Assembly: GCF_006345805.1 (NCBI RefSeq)
Contig: NC_042998.1
Coordinates: forward strand, 9,176,001 to 9,240,000
Origin: Octopus sinensis
Taxonomy: Eukaryota
Direction of reading: 5' to 3'
Length of the DNA stretch: 64,000 bases
Made by a program: the position numbers and the translations under genes. Shown here one piece after another: positions 12,950 to 24,167 of this stretch. Numbering within the stretch: the first letter of the stretch is position 1; each line of letters begins with the position of its first letter. The notes under the pieces are model-generated. The model ran no database searches, was not told the DNA's origin, and was given only the letters and a program-made list of their open reading frames with translations.

Positions 12950-13360
12950 AGTGAAAGAAAGAAAGAGTAGGAAGGAGAAACACTGGGGAAGGAGGAAGAA
13001 AGAATGTGAAAAAAGAGAGAGTGAGAAAGAGAAAGGAAGAATGTGAAAGACAGAAAGAAAAAGGAAAAAGAAAATTGAAAAAGAAAGAAAGAAAGAGAAA
13101 GGAAGAATGTGAAAGAAAGAAAGGAAAAGAAAAAAGAAAACTGAAAAAGAAACAAAGAAAGAGAAAGGAAGAATGTGAAAGAAAGAAAGGAAAAGAAAAA
13201 AGAAAATTGAAAAAGAAAGAAAGAAAGAGAAAGGAAGAATGTGAAAGAAAGAAAGGAAAAGAAAAAGAAAATTGAAAAAGAAAGAAAAAGGGAAAAAGAA
13301 AGAAAAAGGAAAAAGAAAGGCTGAGAAAATGAAGGAGGTGCGAAAGAAAGAGAGGTGGAG
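12950..13360. repeat. AG-rich minisatellite, roughly 60-bp unit (aaagaaagagaaaggaagaatgtgaaagaaagaaaggaaaag...)
   Basis: The gaaaggaagaatgtgaaag anchor recurs about 4-5 times. Confidence 0.85.
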
Positions 13361-13984
13361 AGTTAAAAACAAAATTTTAAAAGAATTTATAAGACAATAC
13401 CATATATAGCACCACACACAACATTTGCTGTATTAGCTTACAAAGGAGAAAGAAAGAGAGAAGTTATGGTTCCAGAAAATGTCTCTACTGGTGTTAATTT
13501 ATTTTATTGATTAATTTCTCATCCCTCAAAATTAATATTTTAATGAACTCAGGCTTCTGATTTCATCGGGTGTGATAAGATAACTTCATAGTTAAAAACT
13601 AATTTTATAATCATATCTTTTTTTTTTATGAGCCATTTTATGAAATTCTCACTTTCTCATTTTCACTGTCTGTCCTACTGTAAAGTAGCAAATTTGTATG
13701 TATAGTTAGACATTATGGCTTTTATAGTGATAAAGTGGTTTAGAGATAAGATCTGTTGGTTTCAAAGGTTTATGTTCAGAATATGCTATGTTGTACGTTC
13801 AGAATAAAACTCATGAAATAATAATTAAATAGATTTTCATCTTCCTGCTTTTATTGCCCTACACCTCTTCTGCATACAAAGTTTTCCTTTCACTCTCATC
13901 CACATAGTTTACACAGGAGACACTGCATGGAATTTCATCTTCCTTTTGTCCTGTATATCAACAATGATCACCCCCCAGATAGCA

Positions 13985-14490
13985 GTAAAGTCATGTCATC
14001 TGTTCTACTAACTAGAACTTTCGTCATTGCTAGGTTTATTTTGAGGCCTGTTAATCCTAAACGTCGCTGCCATGTTTGAATTTTCTTCTTCAAGTCTTTG
14101 ACAGATTCATCTACGATAATTAGGTCATTGGCATACAGGAGTTTTCAGAGACATTTAGCTTTATGACCTTTTCTTATGGACCAGAGAACTATTATAAACA
14201 GGGTCAGGACTGAAATCCAAGCTCTAGCAGACATCTATTGGCTTGCTTAATTCTTTGCTCGAGCCACTGTCATCTCTCGTTTTCCTGACAACATCATGAT
14301 ATCTCTCTGCATGGGTTGTATGGTTCTTACAAACAATTCATTTACACCTACATTTAGCTAATTCCTTTCCTAACAAGTTGTGTTACAACTCTTTCTGTTG
14401 TTTCCATAACATATCCATCAATTTGACACCTCTATAGTTGCTTCTTTTAAGAGCAATTCTTTTATCATTGTAGCATTCATGATAATTAAA
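13985..14490 (-). mobile_element. Decayed RTE LINE reverse transcriptase remnant
   Basis: NYRGVKLMD, LLYANDLI (YADD-like) and GLKINLAMTKVL motifs. Confidence 0.7.
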
Positions 14491-14812
14491 AAGACTCCGC
14501 CGGTTACGACGACGAGGGTCCCAGCTGATACGATCAACGGAACAGCTTGCTCGTGAAATTAACGTGCAAATGGCTGAGCATTCCACAGACACATGTACCC
14601 TTAACGTAGTTCTCGGGGATAATCAGCGTGACACAGAGAGTGACAAGGCTGACCCTTTGAAATACAAGTACAACTCATTTTTGCCAGCTGAGTGGACTGG
14701 AGCAACGTGAAATAAAGTGTCTTGCTCAAGGACACAACGCGTCGCCGGGAATCGAACTCACAACCTTACGATCATGAGCCGAATGCCCTAACCACTAAGC
14801 CACGCGCCCTCA
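14490..14812 (-). mobile_element. tRNA-derived SINE group C (head variant gcgcgtggcttagtggttagg)
   Basis: A and B boxes, tgtgtccttgagcaagacac core and gtggaatgctcagcc tail. Confidence 0.8.
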
Positions 14813-14934
14813 CATTCATGATAATACTGTTATGACAGTCACTGAGTATGCTTCATAGTTGTCAAAATGATTTGTATAGTGGCAAGTCACACTTTTCCCT
14901 GGAGGGAGTGAGGCTTACAAGTAGAGTGTTCGCA

Positions 14935-15205
14935 TGTTATCCCAAGTATAAAAATAAATGCCCCCTTTTAAAGCCTAGCCAGGCACATGGGCCCAGTTTC
15001 CCAGTTTCAATAGCATAAGTGTTCCCCAGCTGGACGGGATGCCAATCCATCGCAGCGTTACTCATTTTTGCCAGCTGAGTGAACTGGAACAACTTGAAAT
15101 AAAGTGTTTTGCTCAAGAACACAGCGCATCGCTAGGTCCAGGAATCGAAACCACAATCTTACAATCATGATGCTGACACCCTAACCACTAAGCTGCGTGC
15201 CTCCA
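14935..15205 (-). mobile_element. tRNA-derived SINE group C (alternative tail)
   Basis: Head gcacgcagcttagtggttaggg; tail gggaaactgggcccatgtgcctggctaggctttaaaagggg. Confidence 0.75.
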
Positions 15206-15597
15206 CATCTCAAATATAACTATATACAATTCCAAGCACTAATGGATACCAACAGTGTAGTAACTGAGAACAATGATAGTAAAGAGAACGGTTATATCAT
15301 GCTGATGATTTCAAAAGGGAATGAAATATTATGATGATTACCACTAACAGTTTTAAGAATGTAGTATTAAGGAAACAAAATAAAACAAAACAAAAAAAAT
15401 ATGTAAGTAAATTCTAAACATGTTTTTCATATAATTCCCTAATTTCAAATCCACACCAAATATTAGGAAGAAAGGATGATCTCCCTTGTAACAACTGCAA
15501 CCAATTTGGGAAAATGTGTTTAAAATAGTAATTTTATAAGCAGATGCTTTCTTTGCTTTCTGAGAAAATGTGTGACAAATGAATAAATATGCTATGT

Positions 15598-15996
15598 AGG
15601 TGCAGGAGTGGCTGTGTGGTAAGTAGCTTGCTAACCAACCACATGGTTCCGGGTTCAGTCCCACTGCGTGGCATCTTGGGCAAGTGTCTTCTACTATAGC
15701 CCCGGGCCGACCAATGCCTTGTGAGTGGATTTGGTAGATGGAAACTGAAAGAAGCCTGTCGTATATATGTATATATATATATGTGTGTGTGTGTATGTGT
15801 TTGTCCCCCTAGCATTGCTTGACAACCGATGCTGGTGTGTTTACGTCCCCGTCACTTAGCGGTTCGGCAAAAGAGACCGATAGAATAAGTACTGGGCTTA
15901 CAAAGAATAAGTCCCGGGGTCGATTTGCTCGACTAAAAGGCGGTGCTCCAGCATGGCCGCAGTCAAATGACTGAAACAAGTAAAAGAGTAAAGAGA
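15598..15996 (+). mobile_element. tRNA-derived SINE group A
   Basis: Full head-to-tail match to the other copies. Confidence 0.85.
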
Positions 15997-16784
15997 AAGA
16001 GTATTTTGAGTCACCTAATAGATATAGCAAATTTAGAGGGGGTGGGTGAAATCGTTTATATGTAACATCAAACAAAAAGCACCCCACTTAGAATCTAATG
16101 AAAGAAGACAACAGCATTTTGATTAACAAAGAGCTCGTTACATGGTTGTTATTTCAATGTTAAGGTTATCATTGTCAAGATTTAATAGCCTCTTGTTTCC
16201 ATGCTTGGATGGAGCAGCTATACATCTTTATCCAAGCATGGAAGATAAAGAGCATGACGAAAGATAAAGATGTTGCTCATCTTCTATCTTTTGTCATGCC
16301 ATCAGTGAAGCTCAGCATCTTTAGATCTGACTTCAGTACTACTTCTCAAGTTTAATATTCAGTCTTCCTCTGCCATAGGTACTTACCGTTGACACAGGTT
16401 CTTCCTTTGTGTTCTCTGCACAATTATGAAAACGAGGAACCTGTTTCTAAATTTTTTTTTTGTTTTTATGTTAGTGAATTATTTATAAATTCAGCAGGTT
16501 TTCAGTTAAATACATGACATCAGTTTTATAATTTTGTATCCAGGTTCATTTTTAAAAAACAAAATCAATAGTTAGCAGACTTATCTCAGTGGTTATGCTA
16601 AACTAATGAATAGTTGCTAACAGATGTTTGAAAATAATACGACTGTACAGTAACTAAACTGATTTATGTGTGTAATTAGGTTAAAAATTGGGGAAGCAGC
16701 TGAAGAATTACGGCTTTTGTTCTAGAGAGTGTTTCCAATAAAATTTCAAATTATAATATGCCAATAGTATTATTATTAGGAAGA

Positions 16785-17220
16785 AGGTGATGAGCTGACA
16801 GAACCATTAGCATGGTGGGCAAAATGCTTAGTGGCATTTAGTGCGGCGAGCTGGCAGAATCATTAGCATGCCGGGCGAAATGCGTAGCCATATTTCGTCT
16901 GCCGTTACGTTCTGAGTTCAAATTCCGCCGAGGTCGACTTTGCCTTTCATCCTTTCTGGGTCGATTAAATAAGTACCAGTTACACACTGGGGCCGATATA
17001 ATCGACTTAATCCGTTTGTCTGTCCTTGTTTGTCCTCTCTGTGTTTAGCTCCTTGTGGGCAGTAAAGAAATAGGCATTTAGTTCGTCTGTACGTTCTGAG
17101 TTCAACTTTACCTTTAACCCTTTCAGGGTCAATAAGTTAAGTACCAGTTGTGTGCTATGGTCAATCTAATCGACTGGCTCCCCCTCCCCAAGAATTTCAG
17201 GCCTTATGCCTATAATAGAA
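16785..17220 (+). mobile_element. Group B SINE nested inside an older group B SINE
   Basis: Two heads; ggcatttag is duplicated on both sides of the inner copy. Confidence 0.75.
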
Positions 17221-17469
17221 ATGATTATTGTTAAGATGGTTGGTGCAGTATTCTTATAATTATATTTTTTGTCTTTTTCTAGATTCGTTTTGACCATAGC
17301 ATTGTCTTCAGGAGTTTTCAGTATTTATTTTATCAGTGTCTGTTTTTCAAATGACTAAGTAACTTGCAGGAAATAAATACCACAAGGTATTTTCGTCCAA
17401 TATGCCTGTGTATTGATAACCCTTTGGCAATATACATGCACACACATACACATACACACACACACATAT

Positions 17470-17700
17470 ATTTCTTTACTGCCCACAAGGGGCTAAACAC
17501 AGAGGGGACAAACAAGGACAGACAAAAGGATTAAGTTGATTACATCGGCCCCAGTGCGTGATTGGTACTTAATTTATCGACCCCGAAAGGATGAAAGGCA
17601 AAGTCGACCTCGGCGGAATTTGAACTCAGAATATACCAGCAGACGAAATACCACTGAGCATTTCGCTTGGTGTGCTAACAATTCTGCTAGCTCACCGCCT
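17470..17700 (-). mobile_element. tRNA-derived SINE group B
   Basis: Family match; flanked by a roughly 75-bp duplication. Confidence 0.8.
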
Positions 17701-18144
17701 TTTCTAGGTATTTTCGTCCAATATGCTAGTGTATTGGTACCCCATTGGCAATATACATGCACACACATACACATACACAAATACCAATTAATGATGTATA
17801 ATAATAATTATTATTGTTATTATTCTTCTTCTTCTTATTATTATTATTATTATCATCATTATCAAGCTACGCCAGTGGAGTACAAGCTCCTGGTAGGGCC
17901 TCCTGTGCTGCACAAGTCAAAGTACAGAGACCAGAAGTAAAAATGGGTTAGCATAGGGCCAACATCCCTACCTAGAAAAAGGTAAAGTTACGGAAACATT
18001 GATAACAATTCAAAGCCAACAAGGCTTGGGAAAAGAAGTCCTTTCTCCCAGGGAAGTATAAGAGGAAGAGCTGAAGGGGCAGGGATCTAAGTGAAGGGGA
18101 ACAGAAAAGACAGTCAATTTGTCTTTCATCCTTCTCATCATACT

Positions 18145-18550
18145 CTTTTTTACTCTTTTACTTGTTTCAGTCATTTGACTGCGGCCATGCTGGAGCACCG
18201 CCTTTAGTCGAGCAAATCGACCCTGGGACTTATTCTTTGTAAGTCCAGTACTTATTCTATCGGTCTCTTTTGCCGAACTGCTAAGTGACGGGGACGTAAA
18301 CACACCAGCATCAGTTGTCAAGCAATGCTAGGGGGACAAACACAGACACACAAACACACATATACACATATATATATACATATATACGACAGGCTTCTTT
18401 CAGTTTCCGTCTACCAAATCCACTCATAAAGCATTGGTCGGCCCGGGGCTATAGCAGAAGACACTTGCCCAAGATGCCATGCAGTGGGACTGAACCCGGA
18501 ACCATGTTGTTGGTTAGCAAGCTACTTACCACACAGCCACTCCTGCGCCT
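18145..18550 (-). mobile_element. tRNA-derived SINE group A
   Basis: Full reverse copy. Confidence 0.85.
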
Positions 18551-18887
18551 ATATCATCATCATCATCTTTTAATGTCTGCAGTCCATGCTTGTGTGGGTA
18601 GGAAATGGCTAGCAGGGAGCTGTCTAGACTGTAGGGTTGACAAAAGTAAAGTACCAGTTAAGTATCAGGGTTGATATGATCAGCACTATACTCTTGCTTT
18701 AGGACTTGTGTCTAGATTAGAATTCATCATCATCATCATCATCATAATAACCATTGCCCACCACTTCCATTACATAACCATCATCATCATCTTCATCATT
18801 ACTATCATACCACCATCATCACTACCACCATACCAACACTACAACCATCATCATCATTATCACCGCCACCACCACCACCACCACCAC

Positions 18888-19117
18888 CTATTTCTTTATT
18901 ACCCACAAGGAGCTAAACACAGAGGGGACAAACAAGGACAAACAAACAGATTAAGTCGATTACATCGATCCCAGTGCGTAACTGGTACTTAATTTATCGG
19001 CCTCGAAAGGATGAAAGGCAAAGTCAACCTCGGCGGAATTTGAACTCACAGCGTAATGGCAGACGAAATACCGCTAAGCATTTCGCCTGGCGTGCTAATG
19101 TTTCTGCCAGCTCGCCA
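18888..19117 (-). mobile_element. tRNA-derived SINE group B
   Basis: Family match. Confidence 0.8.
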
Positions 19118-19705
19118 TCATCACCACTATTGCCAGCCCCATCATCACCTCAAACCCCATCGTCCCCCCCCCCCCTAAACCCCATCAGCATTATCTTCAT
19201 CGTTATCACCATCATTCCAGCTACTGATATATATTATCGAGACAACTCAAGTTGTCCCAACACAAAACATTGTTTATTAAGTGTTATCCAATCAGCGGAC
19301 ATGATTCTATCATGTGATGTTTTCACTCCCACATCATTTATTATTCAATCCATCGTACATCGATTCGTCTGAGGGGACACTTTATGGACTTTACCAGATG
19401 ATGCGAGATATACATCGACTCATTGTTGTGGAGTTACTCTTGTTGCCTTAGCACACTTTCTGTGGTACAGATGGTTCGTTTTGCATTATGGACAATTGAA
19501 GTTACAGTTCACCATTTTGCACTTCGATTTGGAATTGTTGCAATGTTTTCTTTGTTCATTTCTAAAATTATTGTTTGAGCACAAAATCATTATTCCTCTT
19601 ACATTATAACAATTACGTCTGAAAATAAGATGAAGTGGTCATATGTGTGGAACGCCATTGATCATAGTTCTGCTCAATCAGACCAGATCTAGGGGTTTCA
19701 TCATC

Positions 19706-20165
19706 ATCATCATCATCATCGTTTAACGTCCGTTCTCCATGCTAGCATGGGTTGGACGGTTCGACCAGGGATCTGGGAAGCCAGATGGCTGCACCAGGCT
19801 CCAGTCTTATCTGGCAATGTTTCTACGGCTGGATGCCCTTCCTAATGCCAACCACTCCGTGAGTGTAGTGGGTGCTTTTTACGTGCCACCTGCACAGGTG
19901 CCAGGCGAGGCTGGCAACGGCCATGGTCGGATTGATGCATTTTACGTGCCACCGGCACGGAAGCCAGTCGAGGCGGCACTGGCATCGGCCACGATTCGGA
20001 TGGTGCTTTTTACATGCCACTGGCATGGAAGCCAGTCGAGGCGGCGCTGGCAACGGCCACGATTCGGATAGTGCTTTTTACGTACCACCAGTCCAGGGGT
20101 CCTGGCATCTGCCGGGTGCCAGTCATAGGATTGGTTCAATTTCGATTTCGATTTTGATTTCGATT
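19706..20165 (-). mobile_element. RTE LINE 3'UTR fragment, 5'-truncated, (GAT)n tail
   Basis: Same ggatgcccttcctaatgccaacc motif and gtgcc/ggcac sub-repeats as the UTR attached to the RTE ORF end at 46228. Confidence 0.75.
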
Positions 20166-20309
20166 TAATATCTACAATTATTTACTGGTAAATCACCCAA
20201 ACTACTTTTAACTTCCAACACACACAACACTCTCAGGTGAAATCTCTTATCAAACAATAAGACAGAGTAAAGAAACAATGAGGCCGACAATACTAAAATA
20301 TTGAATTAA

Positions 20310-20532
20310 CCCTTTCGTTACCAATCCAGCCGAAACCGGCTCTGACTCTCTGTAGTACAAATGTCTTGTTTTCATTAGTTTTGAATTAAAATTTACCACC
20401 AAACCTTAGTCACAATTTATGTTCCTATCACTAGCTGAATGATAACTAAGTTATTTTACTAAATTCTTTGTTATATTTAAAGTAATTGAATGAAACACAG
20501 AGCATCTCAAAATAAATACAGTAATGAAAGGG
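20310..20532. mobile_element. piggyBac-type MITE family 1
   Basis: TTAA|CCCTTTCG ... GAAAGGG termini. Confidence 0.75.
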
Positions 20533-21169
20533 TAAATATTGATTTCAAATTATGACACAAAGCCAGCAATCTTGGCAGAGAGAGTAAGTTGATTACATCA
20601 ACTCCAGTGTTTAACTGGTACTTATCTTATTGACCCCAGAAGTATGAAAACCAAAGTTGACCTAGCAGAATTTGAACTCAGAAAGTAAAGATGGACAAAA
20701 TGTCACTACGCATGTTGCCCGACATGCTAATGATTGTGTCAGCTTGCTGCCTTAAATCAAATTAACATTGGTTTCAAATTTTGGTACAAAGCCAGCAATT
20801 TCGGGGATGAGTAGAGTAAGTCAGTCTTCATCTGGCACTTATTTTATCAACCCCGATAGAATGAATGGCAAAGCTAACCTCCACAGAATTTGAACTAAGA
20901 ATGGGAAGACAGATATGAAATGTCATTAAAAATATTTTCCCCATTGGGCTAACAATTCTACCAGTTCACTGCTTTAGATTGAATTGATGGCAAGGGAATG
21001 ACCGAGCCACTGATTAAGGAAGCAGGTTTAAATAATTAGAGTAGAGATATGTCAAGTAGATCATTCAGATTTCTGTCTGATGACTTACTTTCTCCATATC
21101 ATTCTATGGTACCTCTGGTTAAAACACTTGGTACATCTCAACTCAAATTTTCCACATCTAACAGAGGTT

Positions 21170-21267
21170 TGTACATACATGCACACCAACATACATGCAT
21201 GCATAATTACGTGCATGCACACAAACACACACACACACATACATACATGCATGCATACATGCATACA

Positions 21268-21299
<32 letters not shown>

Positions 21300-21470
21300 C
21301 ATGCATACACAGCATTCATACATGTATGTATGCATGCATACAGGCACACACACACAAACACACACACACACACATACATACATACATACATACATGCATA
21401 CATACATACATACATATATACATACATGCATACATACATACATACATACAGGCACACACACACAAACATA
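21170..21470. repeat. (CATA)/(CA) compound microsatellite
   Basis: Direct reading. Confidence 0.95.
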
Positions 21471-22194
21471 CAAGAGCCTCCCACTTAAACTGAAAAATTC
21501 ATACACACATATTTACCCCACCCACTTCCTCTAACACACATACATAACACAATACTCAAACAGAACCACACCAATTTATAAGAGAACAAGGAAGTCCCTA
21601 TCTAAACATTCCTCAGCCGTTTTACTCTCGGGGAAACCCTCAAAATACATTCTGTATCTCAAGGAACTGCAACATAAAAATTATAACTGAATGACTAAAT
21701 TATAGGGACATAGACAAACCAATACCACACACATATACAAGATGTTTGGGCTAAATTTGATAGTCTGCATAAAAGAAAAAGAAAACACAATATTCCATTA
21801 AAAAATAAAAGTATTTTAGAAAATACTCTCTCTCTCTCTCTCTCTCTCAAAATACTACATATAATTTGAAGAGAGAACTGGTTGAATGGAGGGAAACGGT
21901 TGAATGGATAAGGTAGTATTCCATTAACTAAAGAGGTATTGTATCCTCTCGTTGTTATTTAGCCCTGAGTCAGACATGACTGAAGAAACCTGTGATCCAA
22001 GACAAACCAGCTGTGACCATCCTGATTTCTTTCTCCAGGTACTGCACTACACTATTCAATATGTAGGGTTTGTGGTACTTTTTGGTTATCGCACTCCCAT
22101 TAAAAAAATTGGGTTATGTCCCTCAACTACTAAATTGTTTAACCCTCAATAAATATCAACTAGATTATGGCTGGGCAATAACAGTTTACTATAA

Positions 22195-22762
22195 GTAGCT
22201 GTCCTCATCTACCACCAAAGCCTCAAGATGATCCAGAACCTGGTGCATGCTTCCCTTAATTTGCTCCTGGGGAGATCTTTGAACACCTCCTTGATCTTGG
22301 CCCCCAGCTTGGCCTTGGTGTTGCAGATAGAGTGGTTAGAGCTTTTCTCAACTGTGCTCCATACATAGTTATCCATAGGATTACAATCAAGGGGATTAGG
22401 AGGCCAGAAATAGGGGCTGATGAAGTCATAGAAATTCGCCGATGGCAGCATCTAAATTTTCCGGAGGGATGGCAAGGAGTTGAATCCTACTGCCACCCAT
22501 ATGGCCTTCCAGCAGTAACCTTCTCCAGTCACAGACTGACTACATTTTCCAGCCGCTTCACATAATCATCTGAATTGAGACAAAAGCTCTGTTCAAAGAT
22601 ATGGGGGTGAAACCCAGCATGCGGACACAGTCAGAATTCCTATTGTGTCCTTTTGTGCTGACCACGGTTTCATAGTCTTCATCACAACTGATTGTGCCAT
22701 GTCTTACAGCCTTCACAGGGTTCACAGAGCATTGAACAGTAGTTGTACTGCCAGTATTTCAA
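22195..22762 (-). pseudogene. Tc1/mariner superfamily (maT/DD37D-like) transposase remnant
   Basis: PHIFEQ...LNSDDYVK..., WQxDSxPCH, FWPPNPLDCNPMDNYVW and CNTKAKL motifs. Confidence 0.75.
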
Positions 22763-22767
22763 TATCC

Positions 22768-23154
22768 GTGGAGGCGCAATGGCCCAGTGGTTAGGGCAGC
22801 GGAATCACGGTCATAGGATTGCGGTTTCGATTCCCAGACCGGGCGTTGTGAGTGTTTATTGAGCGAAAACACCAAAAAGCTCCACGAGGCTCCGGCAGGG
22901 GATGGTGGTGATCCCTGCTGTACTCTTTCACCACAACTTTCTCTCATTCTTACTTCCAGTTTCTGTTGTACCTGTATTTCAAAGGGTCGGCCTTGTCACT
23001 CTCTGTGTCATGCTGAATATCCCCGAGAACTACGTTAAGGGGCACGTGTCTGTGGAGTGCTCAGCCACTTATACGTTAATTTCATGAGCAGGCTGTTCTG
23101 TTGATTCGGATCAACCGGAACCCTCATCGTTGTAACCAACGGAGTGCTTCCTCC
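22768..23154 (+). mobile_element. tRNA-derived SINE group C with 13-bp TSD
   Basis: A box tggcccagtgg, B box gtttcgattcc; tatttcaatatcc at 22755-22767 and 23155-23167. Confidence 0.85.
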
Positions 23155-23507
23155 TATTTCAATATCCAACATGAGTCATCATGGTACAGGTAACTTTTCA
23201 CCAATATTCAGATGAATTCCAGTCCTTCATGTCAGCTAACTTTTTCTCAATTAAAACTTTAATCCTTATGCTCTCCAACACTGTTGACTATTCACAAATA
23301 CATCAATCTGTTTCTGAAAAAGGAGGCATAAAAAAAAAATCATCAAATTGTGATACAAAGCCAGCAATCTTGGCAGAGAGAGTAAGTTGATTACATCAAC
23401 TCCAGTGTTTAACTGGTACATATTTTATTGACCCCAGAAGTATGAAAACCAAAGTTGACCTTGCAGAATTTGAACTCAGAAAGTGAAGATGGACAAAATG
23501 TCACTAT

Positions 23508-23668
23508 GTGCAGGAGTGGCTGTGTGGTAAGTAGCTTGCTATCCAACCACATGGTTCCGGGTTCAGTCCCCACTGCGTGGCATCTTGGGCAAGTGTCTTC
23601 TGCTATAGCCCTGGGCCAACCAATGCCTTGTGAGTGGATTTGGTAGACGGAAACTGAAAGAAGCCTGT

Positions 23669-23743
<75 letters not shown>

Positions 23744-23981
23744 TATATATGTATGTGTGTGTGTGTTTGTGTGTCTGTGTTTGTCCCCCTAGCATTGCTT
23801 GACAACCGATGCTGGTGTGTTTACATCCCCGTTACTTAGCGGTTCAGCAAAAGAGACCGATAGAATAAGTACTGGGCTTACAAAAGAATAAGTCCCGGGG
23901 TCAATTTGCTTGATTAAAGGCAGTGCTCCAGCATGGCCGCAGTCAAATGACTGAAACAAGTAAAAGAGAGACTAAAAGAGT
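23508..23981 (+). mobile_element. Group A SINE inserted into a duplicated group B SINE
   Basis: Interrupts the gtcactatg|catgttgcc sequence that is continuous in the paralog near 20705. Confidence 0.85.
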
Positions 23982-24135
23982 ATGCATGTTGCCCGGCATG
24001 CTAATGATTGTGTCATCTTGCTGCCTTAAATCAAATTAACATTGGTTTCAAATTTTTGGCACAAAGCCAGCAATCTGCTTCTGAAAAAAAGAGACGTAAA
24101 AAAAAATCATCAAATTTCACCCAAACACCCTGCAT

Positions 24136-24167
<32 letters not shown>

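Noticed and set aside
17860-18000. Possible RTE 5'UTR remnant (gcatagggccaacatccctacctagaaaaa)
   Set aside because: Only a vague recalled resemblance, with no attached ORF or foldable ribozyme.
21980-22110. Minus-strand VQYLEKEIRMV as a possible last FAM81 exon
   Set aside because: Surrounding residues show no similarity, there is no convincing exon structure, and the segment is duplicated and repeat-like.
22768-22850. tRNA-like sequence with A and B boxes (also at 39785, 49375, 56992, 9245 and others)
   Set aside because: It continues into a conserved SINE body with TSDs and has no complete cloverleaf; these are SINE heads, not tRNA genes.
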